A stretch of 63,196 bases of DNA, filler included, from Octopus bimaculoides (Eukaryota): assembly GCF_001194135.2 (NCBI RefSeq). It is 6 parts of 5 records of this genome, joined end to end, with 100 filler letters (N's around TTAATTAATTAA, not from the genome) between each part and the next. Parts side by side here need not be neighbours in the genome. Positions count along the whole stretch, not along the records: positions 24,190 to 55,997 come from NC_068998.1; 5 more parts are not named here. The stretch is one strand, 5' to 3'. A program made the position numbers and the translations under genes. The notes beneath the pieces are model-generated. The model saw nothing but the letters and a program-made list of their open reading frames with translations, was not told the origin of the DNA and made no database searches. Of the stretch, positions 36,697 to 50,700 are shown one piece after another. Positions within the stretch are counted from its first letter, which is position 1, and each line of letters opens with the position of its first letter.

Positions 36697-38705
36697 CTGC
36701 AAATAGCATGCGTGTGTGTGTGCGTGTGTGTGTTTATGTATGTGTGCGTTTGTTGGTTGTTTTCAGCAGAGAATAATCTGCCTCAGAATTTAATTAAAAC
36801 TCTGTAATGTGGCATTATTGCGGCTGATTGCAAAGATATTATTTTAATTAAAGCAAATTGTAGGCGGCAACTGTTGCATCTTGTACTAAGACGATAACAC
36901 GATAACAATCATTATTCCGCTGATATTTATTTCGTTTTCTGAAATTATCCATGTTAAAATACATATCTTCCTTAGCTACGCATCAGTCACATGATGTTTT
37001 TGACGTCGCAGATACATTGCATGCAATACGACAGGAAACACTTTACGGGAGCGGGAAGCGTTCAGCATATTGAAAGAAAAAACTGGGGTTTGACTGATCT
37101 AATACAATGAGTTGGACAACTTTGATCGGATAATATTATCGAAGCAATTGGTATTCTGAATACCCTGTAGAACTGTTAAAATTCTGAAATAACAATCACA
37201 GAGATAATTTCAATGTGGCTAGTTGACGGATATTTTTCGACAATCTGGAGATACAGACGAGAATGGATCTGTTTCTTAAAGCCAAGTGTTAAAAAAGACA
37301 AACATGTTTTAATATTACCTGACCTCCACAGCGAAATATTTTACTCAATTGAGACGAGTTACACGTAATCAATATATAGGACAAGGAAGATAATATCGTG
37401 ACAGGAAACATATTGAATATCCACAATATGGCGGCGGGAGACAAAGCTCAGTGGAGTCATTCTGAAAACTAAATATAAATATTTTGCATAAACAAATCGT
37501 TTCTGGTTATTTAGGTTCTTCTCTCATATTTTCTTTATTGTAATAAAGCCTTCCTCTAAACTTGGCTGCCAAACATGAATAATTGGTGAATCATTCTTTG
37601 GTGCACACTATGTATGCTTAGGGTTATAAAATAATTGAGAAAACAGAATGAAACGACGCTTTCACTACTCCTTCCTATGATAAAACATTTTTCTTGTTAA
37701 TTAATATAGCAGGGAACTAATTAACGCAACTGGTTCGGCAGGAGTCGGTAATCGCTTGTTTGCGCCAAGTTTTTAATCCTAATATATACAGTTCAAACCT
37801 GGCTGAGGTCAGTTTCCAATATATTACCAGTAAATACAGCAATTTATGTGTGTATGTGTGTGCGGGCGTGTGTGTGTGCGTGTGTGTGTGTACGTGTATG
37901 TGTGGGTGTATGCATGTGTGTTTCCTCGATATATGTTGATAAAGTCTGTAGATTTGGGCGAGAAACCAAACAATCGGTGCTTTCTGAAGTAAGGTCTCTG
38001 AGATATTTGTTCTGCATCATATTACACAGATACTCCCTTCTCACTGTTGCTACTCAAAATACAGCGAAACAATAATTAGAATCCTTCGTGGATCTGTATT
38101 GCATAAAATCGTTTTAATTGACACTTTCTCATCAATCAGATTAATTCACCTGCATTAACCTTTCTATCGATCTGGCGGAATTCGGTAATCCGAATACCAA
38201 CAAAACTAACTCCCCAAAATGTTACAGTTTTTGCCAACTTTTCAGTGTATCTTCAATAATCAACGATGTTTACCTATAACTGTTGTTCTTCCTGTTGCTG
38301 TTGATGTTAAGGTGTAAATGATTGAGTATTAATTTTAATAAAATCGATACCAATAAAGATCTCAATGATTTTAAGACACAATTCAGTTTCCTTTACCATT
38401 ATATAGTAATTGTTCAGCCATCATGCTTATATTTTCTCCCCATTATTCTCAAAAACAAAAACAAAAAAACCTTATTTACATTATATTTTGATAGGTTCGT
38501 TAAAGACACACTTCCAACTTTCGTCACTCATAATGTTATTGTTGCTTGATATTATCTTTGCTATTGTTAGTCTTTGGTCTTGTTGTTGTAGTAGGAGGAG
38601 ATTTGTGTCCATATATGGCGTGCGTGTATTGTAACGGGTAAGGGAGGGGAATCTGTGAAATTGTTTTAGAAATAAATCTGATTGTTCATCGAATTGAATA
38701 GTCAA

Positions 38706-38734
38706 AAGTTCTTCTTCTTGTTCTTCTTGTTCTT

Positions 38735-38782
<48 letters not shown>

Positions 38783-38858
38783 CTTCTTCTTCTTCTTCTT
38801 CTTCTTCTTCTTCTTCTTCTTCTTCTTCTTCTTCTTCTTCTTCTTCTTCTTCTCCTCC
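38706..38858. repeat. (TTG)n(TTC)n microsatellite
   Basis: Direct reading. Confidence 0.97.
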
Positions 38859-39490
38859 TCATTGCATAGTTCATGGTTTTGTCTTTAGGAAAAGAGTTAA
38901 TGAATCTATTTTCTGGCAAAACAGTCTCGGGAAACACTGGAGACGCTTTAAACTAAGGACGAATCTTTAATTTTCTAAATCCGGTTGGGTAGAAAGAGTT
39001 AAATGAGAACGAAACTTATCGCTGTGCAATGTAAATCTATTCGAAAATTTTACAATAAAATGATTGCTTGAGGGTGAAAAACATTTATTTAAATGTTCTT
39101 TTACATTAACGACTGCCTTCATAGAAATTTTTCATGTGAGAAAAATGTTTTTTTTTTTTTTAAGAATATACAATAATAAAATCCTTGGAAGATATTTCTT
39201 TGTTTCAATCAATTTTCCACTTGTGAAACTTACGTTATTCCTTTACGATTTCAGTGACTGAAGTAGCTACAGTCTGATGTTGTTTGGGGTTCATTTGTTG
39301 GGCCTCGAGAATTTCGTCGATCGCATCATCTCGCCCCAGTTCAGTCTGGTACTTGAACCGTATTTTAGCTATTCATTAAAAGACGGATTAGCAAACTGCT
39401 TTACACCAGTACACACACACACACACACATACACACACACACATCCAATATAGAACTCTAATTCGTATTAGAAAATAATAATTCTTTTCG

Positions 39491-39624
39491 GTTTGAGTGT
39501 TGCTCTAGAGTTTACCGGACGTCCGGCCGGTTCATCAGATGAATTGAACTTAATCAATTTAATCCATTTTAATCTCTCTGGTGAACAGATCGAATGTCAG
39601 GAAGCTCTAGAGTAACACTGAACT
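39491..39624. repeat. Old palindromic element (MITE-like relic)
   Basis: Arms 39491-39539 and 39577-39624 are roughly 70% reverse-complementary. Confidence 0.6.
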
Positions 39625-39845
39625 GGATCAATGTAAGTATATGCGCGCGCGCGCGCGCGCGTGTGTGTGTGTGTGCATAATACGAGAAAGACTACACGTC
39701 AGTCAAGGGGGATAGTCAACAAATGTTGACATATTTCATTCATTTCTAGGAATTTAAGTTCAGCCGAATATTTTATCGTGTTGGCAAATTTTCCCAATCA
39801 TCGAAAAATAAATACGTCCGTACGCAGAAATATTCGCATTTGCAT

Positions 39846-39909
<64 letters not shown>

Positions 39910-41091
39910 GAGAGAGAGGGGTGGGGTGTGTGCGTGTGTGTATGTCGAATGAGATACTGTTAAACAGTTTCCTGTTTCTATGTTTATCCCTGATAACAGT
40001 GCACCACCACCACCACCACCACCACCACCACCACCACCACCACCACCAGCTGTAGCAGCCATCCCAACTGCAGCTGGTGGTAGGTTCATATGAAACCTAG
40101 TTTCACCACAATTCTAACACATCTGACACTGCTGCCACTCAGTCTTGCACTATTTGCTGTGTTTAGTCACACGGACAAAACATAAACCTGCTTACATTGA
40201 ATCTACACCATCTGCTACTCCTGCATATTCAACAGCTGCAACAACACGATGCAGCTGCTTATTTGTCATATTAAAGTTGCAACGTAAAGCATGCAGCAAG
40301 ATTTGATGTTCAACAGCAGATTGTTTTCTCCTTTTCCACATTTACATCGCTTTAACACCGATTAAAACACAATCCAATGTTTTACATACATGCATACATT
40401 TACATATACATGTATACCTTTGTATGTGTGTGTGTGTTAATTTAAATATGATACATTTCCTCCATCGCTACTTTTAGCTTCTGTGTTGGCTCGAGCGACA
40501 AAACAGCGGCGATAAAGTAAATCATCAGCTTCTAATGAATAAATGAACTCCACTGCATAGAGATGGTGCAGCCATATATTTTCTCCAATTTTTACATTGG
40601 AATAGCTCCAAACATTGCATACATACATACATACATACATACATACATACATACATACATACGCTTATATATACTTTTATACCAATAATAATTGGAGCAC
40701 TTGGTTTGTAAGTTTTTGCCCGACTGTCAGTTTCGATAAGCTTGGATTTTCTGAAAAAGAAATCAGCCAACTGATTCACACATTACAAATACAATCTGTA
40801 AGTGGAACAGTAAAACCATACAAGACTTTTCTCAGGCTTTAAATGTAACATTGTTTTCGTTATCTACATTCCAAAGATGGAGCTTTGTATCTTTGTTAGA
40901 AATCAGCTCCGTCTTCAGAAGAAGAATTTAAATGATTAAATACATACATACATACATACAAAAATACAAAAATACCCAGCTGTTGATGTTGGAATTTCAA
41001 TAAAGGAACCTTGGATTTAAGGTAGAAACCGGTTCTCTTACTATTGACAAGAAATCTTGAAATAAAACTGAACAATAACATACATACAGGA

Positions 41092-41510
41092 TGGAAAAGC
41101 ACCTGGAAGAGACTTGATTGTTTGATACTGGTACAAGAAACTAATCTGCTACCGATCATATCTTATCAACATGTACCAGCAAGCCCTCAATGGGAATTGT
41201 AGTATGCCACACTGGTTAACTCTAGCAGAGATAAAAACTGATCTTCAAATGCAGAACCACTTACACGGCAAAAAGACAACTACCGGCCAATTGGTTGCCA
41301 GAACTTAATGTTTAAAATATATACAGCATGTTTAAAATTCTTCCTCCAAGACCCTTGTGAAAGAAATAACATCATCACAGCTGAACAAGCAGCTGGGAAG
41401 AAGGGACTCTGGGAATGTGCCAAACAACTGTTAATAAGCAAAATTGTAATGTCAGAGGGAAACATAGAAGGAACCTAGTTTCAATGTGGCTGGACTACAC
41501 GAAAGCGTTT
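41092..41510 (+). pseudogene. R4/Dong-group non-LTR retrotransposon, RT N-terminal relic
   Basis: WK.APG..YWYKKL..MPHWLT..NYRPIGCQNLMFKIYT..EQAAGKKGLW..KQLLI..HRRNLVSMWLDYTKAF. Confidence 0.82.
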
Positions 41511-41561
41511 ATATATATATATACATATGTATGTATGTATATATGTATGTATGTATGTATG

Positions 41562-41595
<34 letters not shown>

Positions 41596-41955
41596 TGTAT
41601 GTATGTATGTATGTATGTCTGTGTCCTGTGAGTGTGTGAGTGTGAATGCATATGTATATATATACATACATGAATATATTCATGCTGGCATATCGACCCC
41701 AGTGATACATTTTCACATACGTGTGTGTATCTGTTTGTATGGGTATGTGTTTGAACATGCATATACAGCTATTTATATGAGTGTGTGTGTGTATATTTTA
41801 TGTAAATATTTATTAAACTCGATCAGTTAAAAATCATTATTTTTAATATATATTGCATAAACATTCTGCCTCTTAATTTCAAGCCCAGCCTGAATTTGTG
41901 TGTGTATGTGTGAGTATACATACTCATACACACACACACATATAATATATATACA

Positions 41956-42009
<54 letters not shown>

Positions 42010-43323
42010 CATATATATATATACATGTATATGTGTGCATGTGTATGGATATACACGTATATATGTGGGTGTAAGAGAGGTAGATCAAGAAATAGGCAGG
42101 TAAATTTAAGTGTGCATATGAATGGAAATGTGTGAAGAGATTATGCAAATGATGTGACAACAACTCAATTAATTCGTGGCCGACAAAAAATTGTGTTGTA
42201 ATTTTCTTCCATTTGATTAAGTTTAATTTTCTTTTATCAATTTTTCCGATCAAAATTACAATTAATTACATCATTTCAAGATTAAAACGTTCATTATGAT
42301 TCTAAGTTATGGTTAGGGAACGTATTTGGTATTCATCACTGGAATTAGTTTGCTTTTCTTCACAAAATTTTACAATAATCTGTCGGTCGTCGTAGAAAAA
42401 AATGGTAAATTAGCAGCAAACTGAGTTCAGACCATTTCTGTTCATTGATGTCGTCCATGAATCTCGGAAAGGCATGTTTGTCACTCTTCCTATTTATCTT
42501 CAATACATTGAGATCTACCCAAAACAAAAGCAATCTTTTAGAATAACAATCCGTTTGCATTTGTCAATTCTGATAGAAACGAGGAGGAGGAAGAGAAGAA
42601 CGGGAGGAGGAAGAGAAGAACAGGAGGAGGAGGCGGAGGAGATTTAATAATAATGATATCTTTCAACGAAGGCACGAAGTGACACACTTTGGAAGAGAGT
42701 TATCTTCGATTCAATCGATTCCATCGTTTATTTTATCGACCACTTTATGTTCAGAAGGACAAATGGCGAAATAGGCCTGGGCAAACTCTGAATTTAAAGA
42801 TACGTAACGCAATACTGTAAAACATTTTATGCAAAATACAGATTTGTAGGAAGGCACAAGAATGATTATCACTGTCTGAATTAGTTTTGGACTAAAAAGA
42901 ACTGTTGATTAGTTTTGTTCTTCCTCAGTTCCCATTGGCTGTTTCTGTGGTTAGATGAGATTGTATAGAAATACAGAATTAGATAAATGATATGAAAGTG
43001 AGGGTGGAGAGGGAAGCGTTGCCTTGTAGCACGTTTGTTGAAAGGTGGGTGAATGTTGGAAGAATTGCCAGTGTGAAAGGGTCAATTCAGTGCGTACACC
43101 TGTAAAGAAATAAGAGGAAAAGGGCTCTTGATCAGGTACCAGTGGCTTTTGTGGATTTTTCCACAAGGACCTTTAAATCTCCCTTTTGGGAGATTTATGT
43201 TGTTTAATTTTTCATTATTTTCAAATGTTTACATGCTGTAAAACCCTTTGCCTCGTCTTTTGTCGTCTTTTATGTTGTGTCAGGTCATTTTATGTTGTTT
43301 TATGTGGCTAATAATTGAATGAA

Positions 43324-43341
43324 TTATTATTATTATTATTA

Positions 43342-43405
<64 letters not shown>

Positions 43406-43425
43406 TATTATTATTATTATTATCA
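43324..43425. repeat. (ATT)n microsatellite
   Basis: Direct reading. Confidence 0.97.
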
Positions 43426-44333
43426 TTTAATATAATCAAGAGTTTTTCAGGTCAGTGACCAATAATTTACCACACGATTGATTGTAATTCAGAAAAGTTC
43501 AGAAATTTCGGGTTTGTCTATGAAGTGTCAGAGACATGATAAATATCACAAGAAGAAGAAATAATCAAAATACGGAGAACAAAAAGAGAATCCTTCTATA
43601 AATATTTATGTCAAGTCGAATTTCTCGTCTCTTGTTGCACAAACTTATTCCACATCAGTGAAGAATTCCATTTTTTAAATATCGCTGGAATGATGAAGGA
43701 ATGGGAAAGAACATTATTCTGCATTGATGATAGTTTTTATTAGGTTCAGACTGAAAAAAAAAAAAAAAATCATTGTCGGACTTTAGCGTATACTCGTTGT
43801 ATCTTTGTTTTTATTTATTATTATTGTGTTCCCCGTGCACCAGAGAAAGGATTTGCGAGGCTGTGATATGAACGAACTTTTCTTGGCTCTGGAGAGAGAG
43901 AAAGAGGTGGAGAAGTGAAAGGGAGGCCACTACTTTCTGGAACCTTTCAAAATACAGAAAGATATAGGACAAAGTGGACGTACTCACACACACACACAAA
44001 TATACACTCGTATATATTTAAACGACGTTCCAGTTGCGACCACAAGCCTAAAATAAAAAGTCAATCTTCTTCAAACGAATCACAAGACCTCGTTTCAAGG
44101 AGGAACACTACAAGACTTGTTCCATTTGCAATCTGTGTAAAATACTAAATTATTAGAATTACTTTAGATTTCCACCATAAATTCCATTGAGAAAACCATT
44201 CACAATATGGCAATATACTTAAGAATTGATTACGCCAATAAATTCATTTGCGACATTTTTCAAATGCATGTACTCATATCTGTGTGTATGTGTGTGCGTG
44301 CGTGCGTGTGTGTGTGCATGTGTGTGTGTGTGT

Positions 44334-44382
<49 letters not shown>

Positions 44383-47300
44383 TATATGAGGTGTCAACGA
44401 AAGAAAGCGGGAGTGCGGTCGGGGCTAAAGAAAGTGAAACAAAGCTCAATTCAATTATATTCACGTTTTAGTTAAGAAATCTGCATATCTTAAAAGATAT
44501 CTGCCGAGTAAATGCTTCTTCTTCTTCTTCTTCTTCTTCTTCTTCTTCTTCTTCTTCTTCTTCTTCTAATATAGTTATCATTGATTGCTCTCCACCATTT
44601 TTTTACAGATCACCACCATCATCATCATCATTATCCTCATCATCATCATCATTATCCTCATCATCATCATCATTATCCTCATCATCATCACCATTAGCAT
44701 TACGGTTTCTTTTCTCGCTTCAAGAAATGTCAGGTATAATTAAGAGAAAGTAAATATTNNNNNNNNNNNNNNNNNNNNNNNNNNNNNNNNNNNNNNNNNN
44801 NNNNNNNNNNNNNNNNNNNNNNNNNNNNNNNNNNNNNNNNNNNNNNNNNNNNNNNNNNNNNNNNNNNNNNNNNNNNNNNNNNNNNNNNNNNNNNNNNNNN
44901 NNNNNNNNNNNNNNNNNNNNNNNNNNNNNNNNNNNNNNNNNNNNNNNNNNNNNNNNNNNNNNNNNNNNNNNNNNNNNNNNNNNNNNNNNNNNNNNNNNNN
45001 NNNNNNNNNNNNNNNNNNNNNNNNNNNNNNNNNNNNNNNNNNNNNNNNNNNNNNNNNNNNNNNNNNNNNNNNNNNNNNNNNNNNNNNNNNNNNNNNNNNN
45101 NNNNNNNNNNNNNNNNNNNNNNNNNNNNNNNNNNNNNNNNNNNNNNNNNNNNNNNNNNNNNNNNNNNNNNNNNNNNNNNNNNNNNNNNNNNNNNNNNNNN
45201 NNNNNNNNNNNNNNNNNNNNNNNNNNNNNNNNNNNNATATAGACAGAGAGAGAGTGGGGGGAGAATATTGTACGTATGTGTGAGTGTGTATGTTTGTGTA
45301 TCTATGTGTGTATGTATTTAGATAGACAGATAAATAGATCGGTTCTGTTTCTTCACATGAAGCACTTTAATAATTTTCATTTTCTAAAATTAATAATTTC
45401 TAGGCCATATTCCTTCGCCCCTTCATCCAATTAATAAATCCTCACACGTTTTGCCTATCACCCCACCCCCACTGTATTACAAGGGGTTATTTCCCCTTAT
45501 GCAACCATTTGCCTCTCAACTGAGAAACTTTCCGAAAGTCGCCCGTCTTCAACAAACCCCAAATCCTCTTCCAAGTGAAAATGTTCTATGATACCGACCA
45601 AGAGAAACATGTCTATGTCTCCGTCATTGCAGTCCAGTTTCGTTCCTGTCTGAAGCAGCCAACTCCACATATAAAATTAGATATATGAACAACACAACCT
45701 CTGCTTTCTTTCCTACCTCATCCAGGTTTCTAACTGCTGCTGCAGCAGGGGCACAACTTTCAATCGATCCGAGTAGTTAACTGGTACTTATTATTCCTCG
45801 GCTTGGAATTCTATAGATCTGCATGCTTGAATTCAAAGGTACGTCATTAAGTACCGTATTTTATCCGCTCTTCTATCATTTACACCTTTCATTTCATTGA
45901 TGTTTGATATATTTAGAGATATTTCTATAACCTACACTGGCCGTATCTGCTATCATTTATACGATACACCTATCTTGCTTCACCTGACATGTTGTTATAA
46001 TTCCTCTGGTCGCGTTTCTCCATCCACCTGATGTCGCTAACGTCACTTGGTGTATTCCAGCTAAATTTGTTGCGTTGTAGTTTCAAGTTTTGGCAGATTT
46101 ATAATAATTTTTGTTAGGTTTTTTTTCATTGTTTTAGTATGTTTAATATGACTTTGTAAAATTTCTTCCAGTTGTTTATGCTCATAGTTCAAATCGTGCC
46201 GAGATCAACTTTGCTTTTTATCTCAACGAGGTCGATAAAATAAAGTACCATTTATGTACTGGGATCAATGAAATCGACTGACTTCTCCTCAGAATTGCTG
46301 ACGTTGTACTTAAGTTATACAAAATCATTTTAATACGGCCTAATTATAAATCTAGCTTCATTAGCATACTTCCAAGTTTCAGCAGGAAATAGCGGGCGGC
46401 AGGAACAAAGCAACTATACGAATGTTTTTGTTGTTTTTTGGTGGTGATTAGTGACATTCTAAACGACAAGATGTTATGGTTCAGATTTCATCCTTGGCAT
46501 TCAATATTACTATTAGCTCTTGGAAGATATTTTAAGGATCAAATCCCATTCTATACCTCAGTGTAAGCTGTAGATACAAGACAATTTTAAAGAGGTAAGA
46601 TATATTGAAGTTAAGTCTCTAAGTATATTACTGGTACTTTTATAATCTAGATAAATGAAAAGTGAGATTGTCAGCAAGAGATGTTAAAACAATTAAGTCA
46701 GGCTATTTCTTAGAACTCATGGGCCTGATTGTACAAAATATAGATTTATTTAATAGCCACAAAGCCATCAATTTATCAGAAGAGGTGCAGTGTTTTATTT
46801 GTGATTATTTTATTGATTTCAGAAGAACGATAGACATAATCAGCATCAGTTATGATCGAACTCCGAAACTAAAGACAGCAAAATATTTGATTCAGCTTTC
46901 CAGTGTATTCCAACCGACAACCAGGTTATTTTCTCGATATATTATTTTAAACACTATTTTATTAATAATCAAGGTTAGCTTTCACTTCTGCTATTATTGT
47001 TCTCTCTGTGATTTGTTTCAATGTCTTCTCACTTGTAACTATTGGTCTGCATTTTGTATCTCGTTCATGCTCAATAAAGTGCTACAGAACATAAAGATGC
47101 TTGAGATGAGACCCCGCAGAGTTTCACATCCATAAACCTGGTCGAAAATGTAATAGCATTTTCTTTTTATCGCTTAATCAGCATCGACGTTCGGCTGTTT
47201 TAGCTGGATATTTTCAATTCTTTTGAGTACACACACACACGAACATGTGTATATGCGTATGCGTATACACTTATACATACATACATACATATGTGTATGT

Positions 47301-47674
47301 ATGTATATATCTAGTGTGGGTTTGGCGAGGTGGGATAGCCAACCCATGTGAACACTTTCTCATTTGATGAAAAACAGGAACTCATCTTCGACCAGTGCAA
47401 ATCCTACAGCTGTTGGTTATCTTATCTTCAAATGCTCTGTTGTATTCATCATTGCATGTGCAATGAAGTGTATAACAAATGGTTTATGGAGATTTATCGA
47501 AAACATAGCGCGGTCACACGACAGACCGACCCCCATAAACCAAGAAAAGACGGAATCTCAATTGTCTCACCCTGTTAACCAGGTGCAAAGGGGGGAGGGT
47601 AGATTTTGTACTCCATTTTTAAGGTGAATCACCTAAATATCCATGAAAAATACACGTGCACTTTTTGAATGCAT

Positions 47675-47707
<33 letters not shown>

Positions 47708-48075
47708 TATATANNNNNNNNNNNNNNNNNNNNNNNNNNNNNNNNNNNNNNNNNNNNNNNNNNNNNNNNNNNNNNNNNNNNNNNNNNNNNNNNNNNNNNN
47801 NNNNNNNNNNNNNNNNNNNNNNNNNNATATATGCACCCCTCGCCCAAGCAAATAACAATACAAATCATAAACCGTAACATTTAGTCTGCTGAAATGAATT
47901 GATAAACCCACGAATAACATCCAAAGGTACATCTTTTTTCCTTTGAGGAAATTATACTCATGTCACATAATCACCCAAGCTTTCAGCCTTACTGTAACAT
48001 CTCTTATCCTTCACTCGCCCCTGGACGCTGGGTGTGTCTCGGCAAGTGACTGTCACAAACATGCAGATTAAAAGC

Positions 48076-48120
<45 letters not shown>

Positions 48121-48123
<3 letters not shown>

Positions 48124-48480
48124 ACGATTCGAGGGTGAAATGTAAGAAAACAGAAAAGATTGAGAAATACCAGCCATCGCAGGACAAGATAGGAGAGTTA
48201 TGGAGCATGAGGAAAGTAATGGTGATACTGGTAGTAATTGGAGCATCAGGAGGAGTTTCCAAGGGCTTTGAAAAGCATATTAAGAATATCGGAGCTGCTG
48301 TCAGGCTCGATGTAATCCAGAAGACAGCATTGTTGGATACAGCTCGCATTCTAAGGAGAGTATTGTCTCTGAGTCACAGGAGAAGAAAGCACTACTTGAA
48401 ACTTTTAGTGATTTGTTATTGCCTGCTTTCAAGTAAAGAATAACTGGTAATTAAGAACTATCCAAGAGTCTTTCAGAATA
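48121..48480 (+). pseudogene. R4/Dong-group retrotransposon, REL-endonuclease C-terminus plus 3' UTR, 5'-truncated
   Basis: EKIEKYQ..IGELWSMRKVMVILVVIGASG..VIQKTALLDTARILRRVLS; flanked by (TAA)n. Confidence 0.85.
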
Positions 48481-50270
48481 ACAACAATAATGATGATAAT
48501 AATAATTTCCCCTTCTCTGTCTCTATTAGTAGTACTTATTAATTATTAAATGTATGTTTTCCTTGTGGAAACTGTTTCAGAATATTTGGAGATGTCGTTA
48601 GCTTTGTATTTATATAGCTTCCTAGTGTGATTGAATTATTTATCAATAGTCTATCAATATCAGATTCTGGTTAAGTTAATGTGTTCAATAAAAATTAAGC
48701 ACTTGTAGATAGAATAATACATACATAAAATTATACATACATACATAAATACACATATATAATACTCTTCTCAGTATTAGTGCAACTTTAGAATTGTTAG
48801 CATTCATTTCCCCTCAAAGTACTGCATAATTATTCTTTTCTTTTCACTCACTGTAGTGTACTACCTAACCATTCTTTCTGATCATAGATTAAAAAAAAAA
48901 GAATACCCGATCTAACTGAATTTAATTGGACCCCCCCCCCATCCTCTTGGACATAATGAACCACAAAAAATATCATTGATGAGGAACTTTTTTCCCACTG
49001 TCTAACCTATATCTCTCCGATGACGGAATAGCCAACTTACAGAGTCTTCGCTCGATCCGATGGTCCAATAGCTGGGATATCCCAAAAAGAGCAGCCAGAG
49101 ACTTTTTTATCATTCGTTACATAACTAAATTAGATTAAATTATATTAAATGCCTTTGTCAAGTCTTGCCTAATTGTTTGCCTTTTCTTACTCCTTTAACT
49201 TTATATATGTATGTATTTCATAAGTTAGATGCGGCATTATTTTACCCCATTCGGGTGTATGACTGAAGTTGGCTTCAGACTCTCGTTGAAGACTGATTCA
49301 GTTACCTGTCATAACATTGTATCTTTTGCACATAAATTAAAATATTTATTCCGAATCAACAGACTTTGCATTTGTATTTATCTGTATATATCGATAAAAC
49401 AAGGGAGCTTTTTTGTGGGATTCCAATGCACACTGGATATTTCACCTATATTCCTAGCAGTTTCTTCCAAACAAACTGCAAGGAACTCATGTAAAAATAT
49501 TTTTTAAAGTTCTCAAATCCACTATCAAAGATACTCGATCTCATCTTCTGGATGAAGTCATTGGTGTTGGTGTTTATTGTTGCCCTTTTATGACACCATC
49601 AAAATATAACACTGATATCGAAGCTCATCAGTCGTTTCTGATATACTGTCATCAGGCCAAGATACTGCTAACTACATAAAAAGCTTTTAAATTTTCCATT
49701 CTTCGGTATATAAGAATATAATCTTTATGTTAGACTCTTATAAATGAAAACATTCGTGTCTCGACGAAAGACAAATACTATGTATGGCTGTACATAAACC
49801 GGAAATATAGTTTTTAACTCAACAACGAAAACATTAGTATTTTGGAGGTGAAGAGACACAAAACTGACTTAATATCGACGACTTTCAACTATTTTCATAG
49901 TTTTGTATATTTCACCATCGAATAGTAATCCGTATTTATATTTATTTTATAATTTTTTGATTTGCACATTATTCACATACACACACAAATACACATACAT
50001 AAGCACACTAACACACACATACACACACACAAATACGCACGCACACACACACACACACACACTCTCTCTCTCACTCATACACACTCACAAACACTCTCCC
50101 TCTTTCATACACACACACACACACACATTATCACTCCATTTTAAAGTTAGTTTTATTCTAAAATATAAATTTTATTTTTTGTGGTTTAAATTCTGTCTTC
50201 GCATCTCTCGTCTTCTTTCTTCCTAACACTGTTTCATAACCCCTACCAGCAACATCACCATCGCCATCAT

Positions 50271-50310
<40 letters not shown>

Positions 50311-50577
50311 GCTTCTGCTTCTTCTGCTTCTGCTTCTGCTGCTGCTGCTACTACCACTACTACTACTACTTAAAACTTTTACATTTCTATATGTGACTAC
50401 AGTTTAACTATTATGACACTATACATAACAACTTTTTCAACTCTTAAAAACTATTTTCTTTCACAAAATCTTTTTTTTACAAATTTGCTGCAGTTTTTTT
50501 TATCCTAAAATTTTCTGCTGTCAGCAAAGGAAAATTTCTCAAATGTTCTTTTGTTTTAAAGACTGAAAACTAATATA

Positions 50578-50636
<59 letters not shown>

Positions 50637-50700
50637 TATTATCATTATTATTATTACTATTATTATTATTATTACTATTATTATTATTGTTGTTATTATT
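50578..50700. repeat. (ATT)n microsatellite
   Basis: Direct reading. Confidence 0.97.

Noticed and set aside
46662-47135. 157-aa ORF
   Set aside because: It starts in a SINE remnant, has an AT-driven composition (F/I/L/S-rich) and shows no domain motif.
49621-49665. Minus-strand CTGATGA...GAAAC hammerhead-like spacing
   Set aside because: Stem II cannot pair, and there is no NUH site or stem I partner.
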